From Polyangiales bacterium (GTDB taxonomy: Bacteria; Myxococcota_A; Polyangia; Polyangiales; Houyiibacteriaceae), in NCBI GenBank assembly GCA_045106895.1, contig JBGCFM010000037.1, positions 1-38,535 on the forward strand: a stretch of 38,535 nt of DNA, read 5' to 3'. Under the pieces are notes generated by a model that saw only the letters and a list, made by a program, of their open reading frames with translations, searched no databases and was not told where the DNA came from. The first letter of the stretch is position 1; each line of letters opens with the position of its first letter. Of this stretch, positions 1 to 8,495 are shown piece after piece. The position numbers and the translations under genes are program-made.

Positions 1-1
1 T

Positions 2-115
2 CCCGCCGGCGACGGGCTTTGCTTCGAAGACGCGAACGGTGAAGCCGCGTTCGACGAGTTCGTGGGCAGCCGTCATACCAGCTACGCCACCTCCCAAAAT
101 AGCCACTGTTGTCAC
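2..115 (-). CDS. FAD/NAD(P)-dependent oxidoreductase, N-terminal part (runs off window edge)
   Basis: Manual translation from GTG at 115: MTTVAILGGGVAGMTAAHELVERGFTVRVFEAKPVAGG, a Rossmann GxGxxG...E...GG dinucleotide-binding motif. Not in the ORF track. Confidence 0.85.
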   Translation of the reverse strand, partial: MTTVAILGGGVAGMTAAHELVERGFTVRVFEAKPVAGG

Positions 116-221
116 GCGGGGAGGGTACCAGAAAGCGTGTACGTAGACGCACAGACGGTATGGGCCACGTCGTACGGCCTCACCAGAGACAGCGCCTTAC
201 CCCAAACGGAGGGCGTACTCG

Positions 222-845
222 CTATCGCTGCAAGAGCGCGATGAGTAGGACGATGATGATGACCGCGAAGAGGGCGAAGAGGACCGGGCGGCTCTTGCGC
301 TCTCGTTCGGCCTGGGCGTCCTTGCGACGTTGCTGCATGGCCTCGAGCTTTGCTTCAATTTCTGCCTGCGCGATGGGGTCGACGATGTAGCCGTCTTTGA
401 GCACGCGCTCGCCGCTCTCGAGCTGCGCGGCGTAGGTCGTGAGGAAGGCCTCGAGGCTCTCCGCGTGGGAAGGGCGCGCGTCGTCGTCGTGGAGGAACTC
501 CAAGACCTCGCCTGTTTTGACGTCGACGACTAGGAGCTGGCCGCACCGGTCTGTTCCGAAAGGCTGCCAGTCAGCGGACCACCAGGTCGACGGCCAGTCC
601 TCTTCGAGGGCCAGCTTGTCCATCATCGCTTGCTCTGCGGCGGACTCTTCAACCCCGAGCAATTCAAACCCGTCGTAGAAGTTCACGTCACCACGCTGTC
701 CATCCCAGCGTGCATGCAGGGCGGCGAGAGGCCCCGTGCCATCCGTGCGTCCATCCGCGAAGTAGTCTGGTTCAACGTTCTCCGCGAACCACCGCTCGAT
801 ACGATCCATGGCAGAGCTGAGCGCGCCGGAGTCCACTCGGTACAT
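222..845 (-). CDS. SMI1/KNR4 (SUKH) family protein with C-terminal transmembrane helix
   Basis: WWSADWQPFGTDRCGQLLVVD...GEVLEFLHDD...AESLEAFL matches the SUKH core; ends with hydrophobic VLFALFAVIIIVLLIALL. Confidence 0.75.
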   Translation of the reverse strand: MYRVDSGALSSAMDRIERWFAENVEPDYFADGRTDGTGPLAALHARWDGQRGDVNFYDGFELLGVEESAAEQAMMDKLALEEDWPSTWWSADWQPFGTDRCGQLLVVDVKTGEVLEFLHDDDARPSHAESLEAFLTTYAAQLESGERVLKDGYIVDPIAQAEIEAKLEAMQQRRKDAQAERERKSRPVLFALFAVIIIVLLIALLQR

Positions 846-884
846 GCAAGGACACTAATGTGTGATTTGGGAACGGTAAAGGCG

Positions 885-1044
885 TTAGGAGGCGCCGTCC
901 ACAAGGAGAACCCCCGCACGCCTCCGCGATGGCGCCGCTCATGCCGCTGCCCATGGCCACGTGTGGTTTCGACGCGTTGAGCACAGCGTGCGCATTGATC
1001 GCAGGGTCGACGAGGCTCCCCACAAAGACCTCGGCCATAATCAT
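885..1044 (-). pseudogene. Truncated or internally deleted macro-domain gene
   Basis: AVLNASKPHVAMGSGMSGAIAEACGG resembles the macro NAxN...GxGVxGAI motif. Similarity stops after about 45 codons; a shifted frame ends VLLVDGAS*. Confidence 0.55.
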
Positions 1045-1071
1045 GCGCGGAGGAGTCTACGAGACAGGCGG

Positions 1072-1647
1072 TCAGCCGGGAAGAAACGAATCGAGCTCGT
1101 CTCGCTGAACGTTCTCCTCGAGTTCCATCAGCGTCGGCAGCTCCGCGACCATGGCGCTCACGCTCTTCTCGGTCTCGGCGTCACTCTCGACGACGCGAGA
1201 GCGCCCGGCGCCGAGCGCGACGACACCGACGGTTCCGTTGTGCATGAAGGGGTCGTGGACGGCGACGATGCCTTCCTCGTCGTCGCGGAGGAAGTCGCAG
1301 ATGCCGCGGGAGGTCGCCAAGTGTTCGACGAGATCTCTGGCGTTTTGGCTAAAGAGCAAGCTTGCTTGGTGGAGCACCCCGTCCTCGTAGTAGAAACGAA
1401 AAAAGGACGGCTGAAGGCCGAAACCACGCAGCCGGACAAGCGCTTCTCCATAGCTCGCGCCGGCATGCGCATCGACCTTTGCGAGCCACTCGTTCATGCG
1501 CGGCTGCAGTGAGTCCACGTCGATAAAGCCGGTGCACTGCGCCCAGTCCTCGTAGTCAGAGGCAGGCTTCCTTGGCGCTTTCAAAAACTCTTCGACGCGC
1601 TGGCGGGTGATTTGGCAGCGAGTCAGGACGCAGTAGGGCTCGGACAT
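1072..1647 (-). CDS. hypothetical protein (191 aa)
   Basis: ATG start, globular-protein composition, co-oriented with neighbours; no motif recognised. Confidence 0.65.
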   Translation of the reverse strand: MSEPYCVLTRCQITRQRVEEFLKAPRKPASDYEDWAQCTGFIDVDSLQPRMNEWLAKVDAHAGASYGEALVRLRGFGLQPSFFRFYYEDGVLHQASLLFSQNARDLVEHLATSRGICDFLRDDEEGIVAVHDPFMHNGTVGVVALGAGRSRVVESDAETEKSVSAMVAELPTLMELEENVQRDELDSFLPG

Positions 1648-1724
1648 ATTGCAAGGGTGTCACGGGTGCAGACCAGGGTCGAGTCACGTGACTTGGCCGT
1701 TGGTGTTCGAGTAGGGTGTGGCCG

Positions 1725-2351
1725 ATGTTCTCGAAGAACGCGCCCCTCGCGCTCGCCCTAATGTTCGCCGCGTGCGCGGACGCTTCGCCCGCAGTCGAGG
1801 GGGAAGCTCCGGCTTCGGAGCCGGGGGTCGCGGCGGCGCCGCCAGAACCGGGGGCGGCGTCGGAGCAAGAAGCAGAAGCCATGCCGGAGCCAGCCGTCGA
1901 GCCCGAGGAAGCCGCGGAAACACGTTGGACCTGGGCGGAGATGATGCTTCAAACGCGAGGCGAAGCGCGAACGCTCGTGGCGCGCAACAGCGCCGAGGAA
2001 GGAACGATTCGTTTCTTCTCCGTCGAAGGGTTCACGTCCACAGTCTGGCTCGAGATTCAGGAAGATCCGTTTCGAATCAATGCCGGCGGGGAGCGTTTTC
2101 TGGACCGCCCAGTGGTTTTCCGTGAGCGAGAATACCGCGTAGAGCACAACTGCGACGGCGACTGGGCCCCCCTCGTCGAGCTCGACTCCCACGGTCAACA
2201 GGTCGGCGATAGCCCGTCGGCGAGCACGGTCTTGGAGCGACTTGGGCCAGAGTGTTCCGTCCGCTGGGGAATCGAACTTCAGCCGGGGGAGCGACCCGCA
2301 GCCAACGGTGAGCCGGCTTCGCGTATCGACAGCTCCATCAACTTCGAGTGA
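1725..2351 (+). CDS. putative lipoprotein with Ala/Pro/Glu linker
   Basis: MFSKNAPLALALMFAAC lipobox-like signal, low-complexity linker, then a globular domain. TAGGGT lies 7 nt before ATG 1725. Confidence 0.7.
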   Translation: MFSKNAPLALALMFAACADASPAVEGEAPASEPGVAAAPPEPGAASEQEAEAMPEPAVEPEEAAETRWTWAEMMLQTRGEARTLVARNSAEEGTIRFFSVEGFTSTVWLEIQEDPFRINAGGERFLDRPVVFREREYRVEHNCDGDWAPLVELDSHGQQVGDSPSASTVLERLGPECSVRWGIELQPGERPAANGEPASRIDSSINFE

Positions 2352-2872
2352 CTGCGACGATGACGCAAAAGCCGCCCTACGAAGCGACCTGGGGCGCGGA
2401 CGTTCTCGACGACGAGGACTGGTCGCTGATGATGTCAGCGTATGGAGACGGCACGGCGACGCGTGAGCTCTTGAACGGAGTCCGAACGACCGGCGAAGTC
2501 AGCGCCGCGCTGGCTCAGCATCTGCTCTCCGCCGTCGTGCACCAGAGCACGCTCTTTCCCGTCGCCGAACCCGTCGCGCGTTTCCTTCTGCCGATCTGTC
2601 AGGCTCGAGCGGAGCTTCTCAGGGCTCTCGAGCCGTTCTGGCGTGAGTGGCTGGAGGGCGTCGACGTTGTGGAGGTGGAGTACGAGGTGGCGCCGGCGAT
2701 GCGCGATGAGGCACTTGAGGCAGTGCGCGCGTGCGCGGGTGATGAAGACGCCCTTGAGGGTCTTTACGAGGACGTGTCTCCAGGCTCGCCCATGTCTGTG
2801 CTGCACAACTACACGTATCAACAGGCGGCGTTGGTTCGCCCCGTCGTTGTTGCGCTATTGCCGAACGGATAG
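2348..2872 (+). CDS. conserved hypothetical protein (AYG...HQ-T motif, helical)
   Basis: WSLMMSAYGDG...LLSAVVHQSTLFPVAEPVARFL resembles a recurring W-x-x-L-x-HAYG...HQGT...VPFL family of unknown function. GTGA overlap with the upstream stop. Confidence 0.6.
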   Translation: MTATMTQKPPYEATWGADVLDDEDWSLMMSAYGDGTATRELLNGVRTTGEVSAALAQHLLSAVVHQSTLFPVAEPVARFLLPICQARAELLRALEPFWREWLEGVDVVEVEYEVAPAMRDEALEAVRACAGDEDALEGLYEDVSPGSPMSVLHNYTYQQAALVRPVVVALLPNG

Positions 2873-3221
2873 ACGGGCCGCGCGAGAGCGTTCATGTCCG
2901 CTCGAAGCGCTTCTGCCATGCGAGAGTTTGAGCCGCATCGAAGTGTTCATGATGGAAACCGAGTCGCCTTGGAAATACAAGACGGTGCGCAGGAGTGCGT
3001 ATACGTCGCGGTAGGGCTCAAGACCCGGAGATGACTTCGTCTTGTCTCCGATGCGAGGGCGTGGCCCCGCTTGAACCATCACGCCGGATCCAACCTCGGC
3101 GGCATGGGCCGCGGAAAGAACAAGTCCACTCCGAAGGAGAGCCGCAGCATGGGGTCGCCGAAGTTGTTGAAGGCGAACTCGTCGGCGTCTTGTCCGTCGT
3201 AGGTGTCCACTTGCGCCAGTG

Positions 3222-3629
3222 CTAGTCGTGCGCGCCAAAGGCGGTGCGAAGCTGCATCATTTGCCCTGGTGAAGGGTGCCCGGTGAGCCCGACTCGCATG
3301 GAGATGTTCGTGCCGCCGGCGCCCCATGGCCACCACATGCCGTAGACAACAAGCTCGTCGATGGGCGGCGCGGAGTAGAGCATCTGGTCCGAGCGCACGC
3401 CGCCTGTAGCCTCCGCCACAGCGCCCACGACGGCGGGAGCGGTCTTCACCGTGAGGTTAGTCCAGTGTTCGGGGAAGAGCGCTTCCACGAGACCACGTGC
3501 CTCGTCGACGTGTGCAAAGGAGAAGGTCGAAGCGACGCACTCGAAGCGCCCATCCCAGCTCCAGCCGTGGGCGACCCACTCTTTCGAGAATCGACCTAGC
3601 TCTACAAACAACTCGTCTTGCGTACGCAC
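3222..3629 (-). CDS. hypothetical protein (WWPWG motif)
   Basis: Protein-like ORF (WSWDGRF, GGVRSDQ, MWWPWG, SMRVG); TAGAGT lies 6 nt before GTG 3629. Confidence 0.7.
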   Translation of the reverse strand: MRTQDELFVELGRFSKEWVAHGWSWDGRFECVASTFSFAHVDEARGLVEALFPEHWTNLTVKTAPAVVGAVAEATGGVRSDQMLYSAPPIDELVVYGMWWPWGAGGTNISMRVGLTGHPSPGQMMQLRTAFGAHD

Positions 3630-3737
3630 CACGAAACTCTACACAAAAGCCGATTCGAGTCGCGAAGAATCATCGCGATTTCGCGCACACCTACTATTGG
3701 GCTTCAATCGCTCGCACTGCGACTATACTGCGCGAGT

Positions 3738-4226
3738 ATGAGTGAGTCCCCAATAGCGGCCGTGCAGGTAGCGTGCTCTCCATTTTCGGAACTCAGCGTG
3801 GTCACGCTGCACGACCTGCTTCGCCTGCGCTCGGATATTTTCGTTGTGGAGCAAAAGTGCATCTACGCCGACATTGACGGCGCGGACGCCCTCGCGGATA
3901 CGCTCCACGTCATCGGCTACGACGATGAACGAATCGTGGCCGCTGCACGGGTGCTCGGCCTAGCCTCTCAAGGAAGCGCGGACGATCCGGTCCGCATTGG
4001 ACGCGTCGTTGTCCACCCCGACTACCGTCGTCGAGGATTGGCGCGCGCGATTCTCTTGCGTTGCCTCGACGAGATCCGAAACCGTCGGCCCGGCGCCGTC
4101 GTGATGCTCAGCGCTCAGGTTGTCGCCGTGTCGCTCTATGAAGGCGTCGGCTTCGAGTGTGTCTCGGGGCCCTACGACGAAGACGGAATCGAGCACATCG
4201 ACATGCGCCTCGACCTCGGCGCCTGA
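3738..4226 (+). CDS. elaA: ElaA-like GNAT acetyltransferase
   Basis: FSELSVVTLHDLLRLRSDIFVVEQKCIYADIDG, IGRVVVHPDYRRRGLAR, LSAQ...LYEGVGF, YDEDGIEHIDM are ElaA hallmarks. Confidence 0.88.
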   Translation: MSESPIAAVQVACSPFSELSVVTLHDLLRLRSDIFVVEQKCIYADIDGADALADTLHVIGYDDERIVAAARVLGLASQGSADDPVRIGRVVVHPDYRRRGLARAILLRCLDEIRNRRPGAVVMLSAQVVAVSLYEGVGFECVSGPYDEDGIEHIDMRLDLGA

Positions 4227-4228
4227 GC

Positions 4229-5233
4229 CTATTCTTCTTCGCCGCACGGCGCTCGGCTGGGCAGCGCGCTCTGGTGCACCCACTGGTCGTTTTCGGCGCT
4301 CCACATGTACATCACGTGGGCGTCGCTTTCGCTTGTGCACTCCCGAGTCTCATCGGACCAGTCGCTGCAGGTTCGAATACGTAGATCGATGTCGGGGTGC
4401 TCATCGTTGTTCTCGTCGCCCCACAGAACCGTACTCCGAAAGTACACCGCGCCGCCTCCGCTCTCGAGTGTTCGAACATCGAGAGCCGTGCTCATCGTCG
4501 GTAGGTTGAAGATCATTTGGTAGCGGCGCGTGAGCGGCCCGACGCCGCAGACTACCGCGTCGACGAGCTCGATGACGACTTGGTACTCCATCGCCCCATC
4601 GGCATCGAAGTCCTCGATACTCTGGGCTTTGATCACGATGGCCGTCGCCAGATCTTCACCGCCCACGGCGATGTCGTTGTACGTCGGCACCGGCTGATAA
4701 GGCACTCTTGCGGCGCCCACGCGAAAAAGTGAGCCGTCGGCGTGCTCAAGAAGCCAGACCTCCGTGTGCATCTGGTCTTCCTCCCCTGATTCTCCAGGAG
4801 CCAGGAATGACACCAACGAGATGACCTGGTCAGCGTCTGGGACGGCGAATGGGCGCCCATGCAAATGAAGCGGCGCGGGCAGCCCCAGGGCTCGAGACAA
4901 GCGGATGATGCCTGCGTGGTTGATTCGCCCTTCGATGTCGACGCGCGCTTCGGGGTTCGGAGCTGTGAGGAGCGGCGCTCCTTGGGGAGCGGCGCCAGTT
5001 TCTTCGCTGTCCGCCGCCGTTTGGACTTCGGTTGCTTGGCCGCTTGGATCGGCGACCTCTCCCAGTTCCGTCGTCTCTGGCCTCTCCGGTTCTGCCTCCG
5101 GCGGTGCCGTTTCTTGCGTCTCAGCGGCAGCGGGCGCTTCCGCGGCGATGGGTTCAGAAGCCGTCGGTTCAGGAGCGGGGGCGGTCTCGCCGCACGCGAA
5201 GAGCAGAAGGAGAAACGAGAGTCCAGATCGCAT
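4229..5233 (-). CDS. putative lipoprotein with Dx[DN]xDG-like Ca-binding motifs
   Basis: MRSGLSFLLLLFAC lipobox, Ala/Pro/Glu/Thr linker, DFDADG and DENNDEHPD motifs. Confidence 0.7.
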   Translation of the reverse strand: MRSGLSFLLLLFACGETAPAPEPTASEPIAAEAPAAAETQETAPPEAEPERPETTELGEVADPSGQATEVQTAADSEETGAAPQGAPLLTAPNPEARVDIEGRINHAGIIRLSRALGLPAPLHLHGRPFAVPDADQVISLVSFLAPGESGEEDQMHTEVWLLEHADGSLFRVGAARVPYQPVPTYNDIAVGGEDLATAIVIKAQSIEDFDADGAMEYQVVIELVDAVVCGVGPLTRRYQMIFNLPTMSTALDVRTLESGGGAVYFRSTVLWGDENNDEHPDIDLRIRTCSDWSDETRECTSESDAHVMYMWSAENDQWVHQSALPSRAPCGEEE

Positions 5234-5293
5234 GGCGAGACGGTACCAGATCTCCGCGTCGCCCTCGTCTACGAAGAAAGGATTCGCCGCCCA

Positions 5294-6133
5294 TCAAGGC
5301 GCCGCGCCGGTTTCAACGGCCTCGACCTCGCCTCTCGCTTCGGCGACCTTTAACGTTTCGAGGACCTGAGAAAATGCGTTGTCGTGGAGGTCATCGATGA
5401 GCGCTTGGTTTTGGCGCAGCCCATCGCGCGTTGGGTCGAAGGTGACACCGACCTCCTCCGAGCTCCCCGCGTCGACGGTCCCTGTGCAAACGACGGAATC
5501 TGCGTCGAAGTCGTAGAGGTAGGCATGACCGCGGACGATGCCAGGGATGAATGAAGTGCCGTCGTGCACCGGCGCGCGATAGGCGTCCGTGACGATCACA
5601 AGCTCCCAGTCGAGACGCCCTCGCCAAGACGCAAAGAACGCGAACGGGTCCGCCTCGCCGCCGCTCTCCCAATGCCCGGCTTCAAGGCGTCGTTCAACGC
5701 CGGAGTGAAGGCGGGAAAGGATCTGCGCGCGTTGGCCGCGGTAGCCGACGCTGCGTGCGATCATCCCGAGTCGGTCGGTCCCGTTGTCGGCGCCTGGCCG
5801 GGTGTCTCGCCGAAGGTCGTAGCCCGGCGCGAGCTGGTCTCGCTCCATGAGGATGCTGTGCACGTCGAAGTCGACATCGTCCATCGCCGGCAGCGCGCGA
5901 GGACAAGCGCCCGCGCCAGGCTGAAGCGCTTCGGCGGCCCGAAGCGCTGCGATGCGTTTCGACGTGGACTCCTCGATCCCAGCGGCGATCTCACTTTCAA
6001 GAGACTGCAGCCGCGCTCGATCCTCGACGCTGAACCCTTGGTCTCCGCCGCCGCACGCCGCGAGTGAGGCGGCAACAATACAGGCTGCAACTGCACGTAC
6101 CGACGCGGCTACAGTTCCGGTCGATAGCGTCAT
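5294..6133 (-). CDS. putative lipoprotein
   Basis: Hydrophobic N-terminus ending ASLAAC-GGG; globular remainder. Confidence 0.65.
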   Translation of the reverse strand: MTLSTGTVAASVRAVAACIVAASLAACGGGDQGFSVEDRARLQSLESEIAAGIEESTSKRIAALRAAEALQPGAGACPRALPAMDDVDFDVHSILMERDQLAPGYDLRRDTRPGADNGTDRLGMIARSVGYRGQRAQILSRLHSGVERRLEAGHWESGGEADPFAFFASWRGRLDWELVIVTDAYRAPVHDGTSFIPGIVRGHAYLYDFDADSVVCTGTVDAGSSEEVGVTFDPTRDGLRQNQALIDDLHDNAFSQVLETLKVAEARGEVEAVETGAAP

Positions 6134-6181
6134 AGCCGGAGCATGGCATCGATCGTTTCGGGAGCGTAGCGGCGATTCGAG

Positions 6182-7108
6182 CTAGGCATGTCGCGCCAAG
6201 AAATCGAGAGTGGGCGCGAGGAACGTCTCCGGCGCATCGACGTGGGCGAAGTGGGAAGCGTTCTCAAGCCAGTGAAATTCTGCGCTTGGGATGGCGGCGC
6301 GAAGCTGCTCACCGACCCTCGCAGGAACCATCGGATCTTTGCGGGCGTAGAGAAGCAGGAGAGGCACGGGGAAGGGCGAGTGCTGTGGCAACGCCAACAG
6401 AAAGTCCTGCATGGCGAGAGGAGACATGGTCTCGCCCAAGTATTTGATAAGTCCGGCTGCCCCGTTCGCGCCACGCAGCGGCTCTGCGTAGTGCCGCGCC
6501 TCTTCCAAAGACTTGAGCGTCTCGTCGTAGTAGTGGACGTTCTTGTGCACCCAGCGCATGGGGTCGTGGCGAATGTAGCGGGACAAGAGCTGAGTGACTC
6601 CGGGCGCGGCCAACGCAGCGCGCAACGCCCACAGGCGTTTCAACGGAATGCCCGGCGAGTGCAAGTTGACGAGAGCGCTCATCGCCGAGGCATCACGCAT
6701 CGCCCAGCGCATGGCGAGGTACCCGCCCATGGAGTTCGCGACGACGGGACAGCCACGAATAGCGAGGGCTGCCTGAACCTCCGCGAGGAACGTGCCGAGG
6801 TTGTGCGCTGAGTAGGGGGCGTCCTGAGGCGCGTCGCTGCGGCCGTTGGCTGGAAGATCCACCGCGTAGCAAGTGTAGCTCTTGCCGAGCTCCCCGAAGA
6901 CGTAGCGCCACGAGTAGCTGCTCGTCATCAGTCCATGCACCAAGTAGAGCGGGGGGCCGCTACCAAAGACGCGCACGTGCGCGTTCATCCTAGCGAAGAC
7001 CTTCGATTCAAGTGCGAGGTCCCTGCCCTCTGTTTCGAAGAAGACATGGGGCTTTCGAGGGAGCTCCGGCAGTTCATCGAAGCGCGACTGCTGAAACGGT
7101 TTCGGCAT
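6182..7108 (-). CDS. alpha/beta fold hydrolase
   Basis: LVHGL oxyanion motif, DLPANGRS, nucleophile elbow ANSMGG, acid KDPMV, His in SHFAH. Confidence 0.9.
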   Translation of the reverse strand: MPKPFQQSRFDELPELPRKPHVFFETEGRDLALESKVFARMNAHVRVFGSGPPLYLVHGLMTSSYSWRYVFGELGKSYTCYAVDLPANGRSDAPQDAPYSAHNLGTFLAEVQAALAIRGCPVVANSMGGYLAMRWAMRDASAMSALVNLHSPGIPLKRLWALRAALAAPGVTQLLSRYIRHDPMRWVHKNVHYYDETLKSLEEARHYAEPLRGANGAAGLIKYLGETMSPLAMQDFLLALPQHSPFPVPLLLLYARKDPMVPARVGEQLRAAIPSAEFHWLENASHFAHVDAPETFLAPTLDFLARHA

Positions 7109-7202
7109 TCGCGCAACCTAGCACTCGCTGACTGAAAGCCGTGTCGGCGATGTTCTCGCTCAACAAGACGTGCTGCGTGCCAACTGCTAAGCTCCCGCCC
7201 GA

Positions 7203-8495
7203 TTGGGACAGAGACACAAACGAGCGCAGCGGTGTGAGCGCTGTCGAATGCACGTGGGCGACTGTCTTTGTGAGCACATCGTGCCGCAGGCGCTGTCGAC
7301 CCGTCTTGCCTTGGTCATGCACCACCGAGAGGTGCGCAAGTCGAGCGCGACGGGTCCCCTCGCGCTGGCCGCTCTGACCAACAGCGAGCTCTATGTGCAT
7401 GGTCTGCGCGATGCGCCCCTCGACCTCGCTCACCTCCACGACGAAGGGCGGCGTGTGCTGCTGCTCTTCCCGCGAGAGGGCGCGCGCGTGCTCGACCGTG
7501 GCCTCATGGAGGAAGACCCTCGCCCCATCACCTTGGTGGTGCCCGATGGCAACTGGCGTCAGGCGAGCCGAGCGGGAAAACGCATCCCCGGACTCGAGCG
7601 CGCGGAGGCCGTCACGCTGCCTTCGGGGCCGCCGACAAGGTGGGGCGTGCGGCGGGAAACGCATGCCCTCGGACTTGCGACGTTTGAGGCCATCGCCCGC
7701 GCCTTTGGCGTTTTGGAATCGTCGTCGGTGCAGAACGAGCTCGAGTCGCTCTTCGATCGCATGGTGGCTACGACGCTGGCGACACGCGGAGAGCCCTCGG
7801 TGGACGCAGATCCTCAGGAAGCTTCGGCGCCGCTTGAGGTGCTCTACGCCGACGATCATCTCGTCGCGATTCACAAACCCGCCGGTCTTCTGGTGCACCG
7901 CGGCTGGGGCAACGACGAACAGCCCGCCGTGCAACGCCTGCGCGATCAGCTCGGACGATTCGTCTATCCGGTTCACCGACTTGACCGAGCGACGAGCGGG
8001 GTCTTGCTCTTCGCGCTCTCGTCGGAAGTTGCCCGTGACATGCAGGTGCTTTTCCGGGAACGCAGCGTCGACAAGACCTATGTCGCGCTGTGCCGCGGAA
8101 CTCAAGAAGTAGGCGTCGTGGACTACCCCCTCGCGAAAGAAAAGGGCGCGGAGAAGCGGCCGGCGCGTAGCACATTTCGACTCCTCGGCGCCTCAGGTCG
8201 GTACGGCCTCTACGAAGCGAAACCAGAAACCGGACGCGTGCACCAGCTGCGCCGTCATCTCAAACATGTCTCTCACCCCATCATCGGAGACACGCGCTAC
8301 GGGAAGGGAGAGCACAACCGGCTCTTTCGCGACGAGCATGGCTTTCATCGCCTCGCGCTCCACTGTGGCCGCCTCGCCTTCACTCATCCACGCACCGGCG
8401 TCTTGCTGTCCATTCGCGCGCCGCTCCTTGGAGACTTTGCCCAGTTGCTGACGACGCTGGGGCTCGAGCCACCTCTCTTCGACAAGCCTGGCTAG
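7203..8495 (+). CDS. fused DTW-domain tRNA aminocarboxypropyltransferase + TruC-like (RluA family) pseudouridine synthase
   Basis: N-half: CERC...CLC, HHREVRKSSATG, PDGNWRQA, LATFEA. C-half: HKPAGLLVHR, VHRLDRATSG (catalytic Asp), TGRVHQLRRH, HPIIGD. One uninterrupted frame. Confidence 0.85.
   Translation: MGQRHKRAQRCERCRMHVGDCLCEHIVPQALSTRLALVMHHREVRKSSATGPLALAALTNSELYVHGLRDAPLDLAHLHDEGRRVLLLFPREGARVLDRGLMEEDPRPITLVVPDGNWRQASRAGKRIPGLERAEAVTLPSGPPTRWGVRRETHALGLATFEAIARAFGVLESSSVQNELESLFDRMVATTLATRGEPSVDADPQEASAPLEVLYADDHLVAIHKPAGLLVHRGWGNDEQPAVQRLRDQLGRFVYPVHRLDRATSGVLLFALSSEVARDMQVLFRERSVDKTYVALCRGTQEVGVVDYPLAKEKGAEKRPARSTFRLLGASGRYGLYEAKPETGRVHQLRRHLKHVSHPIIGDTRYGKGEHNRLFRDEHGFHRLALHCGRLAFTHPRTGVLLSIRAPLLGDFAQLLTTLGLEPPLFDKPG

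Noticed and set aside
62..244. 60-aa plus ORF with protein-like VYVDAQTVWATSYG
   Set aside because: Overlaps two minus-strand genes; at most a small relic and not supportable.
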